Below the pieces are notes generated by a model that saw nothing but the letters and a program-made list of their open reading frames with translations, was not told where the DNA came from and ran no database searches. From Vicugna vicugna (lineage: Eukaryota): 64,000 nt of DNA. The DNA is taken from positions 3,375,111 to 3,439,110 of the forward strand of contig MU058824.1 in assembly GCA_013265495.1 (NCBI GenBank). Reading direction: 5' to 3'. This document shows positions 59,741 through 64,000 of the stretch, in pieces. Position 1 is the stretch's first letter. Every line of letters starts with the position of its first letter. Position numbers and translations under genes: made by a program.

Positions 59741-62700
59741 TGAAGCCTACTGGTCTAGTTCTGACCTTCCCACTAGAATTCCTACCTCTGGTCTCACCCC
59801 CTCTAGTCTATTCTCCACAGAGTGGTTTGCTCCTTCTACAATGCAAACCTGACCATGTCACTTTCCAGCTTAAAATTCTGAAAATCCTTCCTCTTTTCCA
59901 AGAATAATTGAAATTTAATTGAAAAACTTCTGTCTTTAACACTATCCTAAGGGTCCTGTGAAACATGCCAACAGCACAACTGTCATGGTGGCCTCTCTGA
60001 TTGAATTGCCCTGTTCTCCTTCCTTCCAGGGGCAGCCCTGGCTGTTCACACAAGTGTATGGAGGTGCACAGGAGATCTACAACCTGTGTGAGCCCATGCA
60101 CCCTGCAGGAACACAATGCAAACCCCCAAAAGCATGGGGGCAGCAGGACTGCGGGATGGGGCATCCTTTAGGTGTTGTTGCACTGGAAGGCTACAGCACA
60201 ACACCAGGCTTAGGGGAGGGACAGTTATTCTCTTCCAAAACCCAACCACGAATCCATCCAGAGGTGAACTTTCCCACAAAATCCACTTGTGCTCTAAGAA
60301 GCTGTACAAACAAGTACTACTCAGAAAGTGACCTATAGACCAGCACTAGTCTGAAAATTCTTGGTTAAATATCCATGAATGAATCAGGAGTTTGCACCAG
60401 AATGTACATCGCTGTGTCACCGAGCTCACTGTTTAGTTCATTTGACTTTTCATTGCAGCAAGACTTTCTCAATGAAGGGAGCAGTGATTGACTCTCTGGT
60501 GTAAGCTCCTTATCTTGTGTGGACTGGTAATAATCTGTGGTCCAGCCACTTTGAGACTGCTCAGCTCTCCTTTGCTTCTGGGGACATGGACCTGAGGTGC
60601 CCAAGCATCTCTGAATGTCACCCCAGAGTAAAATTATAAGACAGTGGGCAAAAGCTAGTAATTAAAAAATTAATACTATGCTGTATTACAAAAGGGAAAC
60701 TACTTCAATATAACAACAGACGGTTGGCTAAATAAATGATACTGCTCCCTTAATGGAGTCAACTGCACTCATAAAATAGTTGGGGACTTTATAATAGGAT
60801 GAATAAGGCTTAGGATATAGAATTTTTTTTTTTTGAGCATGATAAAAAATGGTGTGAGTAGTCCACTATGTAACATGTAGATTTGGTAAATGTGCACGCA
60901 TTCACATAGCCTAAAGGAGCTGTGTGAAAATACAGAGTAGATATGTTAGTGTGGGGTGATTATACCCTTTTCTTCTTTATTTTTCTAACTTCTAAAGTAT
61001 AGTTCTGTTACTTTATAATGAAAAAAATTTTACACCTATTGATAACACATTTCCAGGATGCATTCAGTTGGTATCTTCTACTTCATTGTTTCTTTGGTTC
61101 CCAATATTAATACATTAAAAAACTATTAATTCAGGCACACAAATTCAGATTCTGTGATCACTTAGATTAGATTCTCATTCATTCATTTGTTCACCCATTC
61201 ATCGTTCATTCATTCAACAGACATTTCCTGAGGACACAACACACGAACACCCTTCCAGCACTGTGATGCAACAGCATCATGTCCCTGCCCCGTGGAGGGC
61301 TGGCTAGGGCTCACCCTTGCATATTCCATGATTCACTTCACAAACATTTGCCCACTTTGCACTCTGCCCTGACCTGGGCTGGCACGGGGAGCAGAGGCAA
61401 GTCCAGCAAAGGGAGAGGACAGATCAAATTCAGGAAACCATCTCTTCTTCAGAGACATTAGTTAAAAGCTTAAAAATCTAATACATGCTCGTAATAAGTT
61501 CAAACAATACTTCATATGAAACCAAACCCACTTCCTAGAGATAAGCAAGAGGAACAATTTAGTAGGTGTCCTTCCGATTTCTTTCCATGAATATACAGAG
61601 ACATATTTCTTTATACATATGCACATATTCCCAAATATCTACTTACACGTATATATATAAAGTTTTGTTTTCATTTTTACAAAGAATGGAACTTAGAATG
61701 CATTTAATTCTGTAACTTAAGTGCTTATTGTTCTAAAATAAGGCACAGAAATGTGCAAAGTGTTGGGGGACCACAGAGGATGAGTGACTGGTGCCAGAAC
61801 AAGGTGGCCCTGATGGTGGCCCTGAATGTGGGATTGTCACTGAGGGGTCTGCCCTGTCCTGGAGTTTGAGCTCTTTGCTGTCCACTCGTCCAGCCAGGCT
61901 TCACTGAGCTGGCTGCTGAATATGGTAGGATTTTGCTGGAAGAGAGGTGAGAGGAAAGGATACTGGGGGAAGGAGCGGCAGAGGTAAAGGCCTAGAGGTG
62001 GACGATGAGGTTCCCCCTCTGTGGTGCATCCCTCATCGTGTATACACCTCACCAAACAATTGCATGCAGACACACAGACACATGTCTTCATCCACAGCAC
62101 ATCTCTTTTATCTGTCCTCCTTCCAAAGACCCCCAACCCAGCAGTCCCAAACTTGCCTCTCCAATCCCTCCAGCATCAGAAACCAAGGGATGGCTTTGTT
62201 GGGAGAAGAGGGCTGGTTTACACTGCAGAGTGGTTACTGGGGTCTCGGCTCATTATGAGAGCAAATGTACTTAAACATTAAGGAGAGAGTTGCATTTATA
62301 AAGCCCTGTTGTTTACACAGTGAGGAGAAATTAATTCATGAGAAGGTGGAAAGTGGCATTTGGGGGGCCCCACCATCGTCTGCCAACTAAATACTGGCCG
62401 GTGGGCAAGCCCAGCGTGTGCTCACTTCCTCTTGACAGCTGGTCTCACAAAATGCAGACCCTTTAATCATGGGAATTCACCTAGTAATCTGGATAATTGA
62501 GAAAAAAAAAACCAAGCAAAATACCCCACAGAAATTCAGAAGGAACTGCTGCTGATCTGTGTGAATATACCAGGCCCATTTCTGCATCAGAGTTGGGTCA
62601 CAGTCCTGAAATGACTGGCTCAGGGTCTCTCTGGATGACGGGGGCAGGGTCTCTTCTGAGATCCTCCTGGTCCAGGCTGCTCTGAAGTGAGCCTGAGTGG

Positions 62701-64000
62701 GCCTGCTGGCCCCTGGCCAAGCGCAGGACAACTGCTAGGCCCTTTACGTGCTTGGTTTACATCACTTAACCGACCCACATTCCCTGTCCTTCTCAACTCT
62801 CTACCCTTCTCTGGGCCTCAGAGTTGCTCTTTGTAAACTGGGGCAAGTGTAGGGGGAAAAATAAAAGGTCATTACAAAATAAAATCAAATAAAATGAGGA
62901 GGGGGAGTCTCCAAGAATCCTTTCAAATCCGATCTTATAAAAGCAAACAAGGAGAAAGGAGAAAACAGATGAGCCAAGAACCCCTGAGCTAGCCTGGGTT
63001 CAAGGTCACAACCCAAAACCCTGTCCTGAGATCTTCTCACCCCATCCCACTTTGACTATCTTCTTTGGTTCCCAAAATTTAAGTTCCCTATCAGTTTCTG
63101 CTTCCCCTCCACACACACACAGACCCACAGAGCCTAGCCCTTCAGTCTGTGCCTGGCCCACCCATCTCTACCCCGAATTACAGGGACTCAGGACCTCAGC
63201 CACAACATCTGGACCCTTGACTCCACCTCTGCCCCTCGCCTGAGTTCCCCCCTGCACCTCACAGCTGGCATGGCAGCCTGGCCCCTCTCTGAGATCACTG
63301 ACAACACAGATCACTTGACCTGACATGCCAGAATCCTTCTTGGAATCAGCACAGCAGACAACCAACCCATCTGCAGACTCTGTCAGGTCCCTCATCCTCT
63401 CCCAGAACGCTCCACGCCCCTGTCCGGGCCAGTGCTCTCCACCTTCTCCACCTGAATGCATCCCCCAATGGCCTGCCTCTGAACCTATGAACAAGAATGA
63501 GACACTCTATCTCCCCCATTCATTCTCGGAGCCTTTGAGCCTTAGCACAAGAGCCACCTCTCAGGGGAAGCCTTCCCTGACCCAAGTCAAGCTGAGCCTC
63601 CAGCCCTAGTCTCTCCCGGCTCCACAGACCCTCTATCAATCACCTGTGTCCATATCATATTACCTTCCAGCTTTTTTCTTCTTCATTTCAAAATACTTTT
63701 AAAATTGACGTATAACTTACATATATGTAAAGTGCAGTTCAGCTCAACACATGTCTTCAGATCTATACATCTGGGTATGGGTTTGGGATAGAGATGGGTA
63801 GGCAGAGGTACAAACTGGAAAGTTAGAAGGCTCTGTGTGTGTCCATATGTGTTGGGGACAGGGGCTTACCTGTAGGTAACCTAGATGTTGGATGTCAAAG
63901 AAAGTAGACACATGGCCAGCATCCTGGGAGGGGGTGAAGAGATCTTAGGATGAGATTCCTGATCAAGGTCAAGATCAGTGCACTTTTATATAATGAGAGG

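Overview
Mammalian genomic DNA, probably camelid (judged from a tRNA-derived SINE resembling Vic-1), syntenic with human 9p13.2. It contains the 3' part of ZBTB5 on the + strand: the end of intron 1, a single coding exon of 677 aa (BTB plus two zinc fingers) and a ~2.2 kb 3'UTR. Tail-to-tail with it is the complete 9-exon GRHPR gene on the - strand (987-nt CDS, 328 aa, all GT-AG introns checked by eye, CpG-island promoter near 22.4 kb). The remaining ~41 kb is intergenic and holds old MIR, L2, L1M, MLT1 and hAT repeats, one ERV1-type solo LTR, and repeat-free blocks rich in transcription-factor motifs. I found no convincing new gene system. The best leads are a candidate cassette exon that would add an in-frame 27-aa N-terminus to ZBTB5, an overlapping uORF at the GRHPR start, and a PU.1/EBF1/octamer-rich region that may be the orthologue of the PAX5 distal enhancer. 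Repeat boundaries and subfamily names are by-eye estimates.
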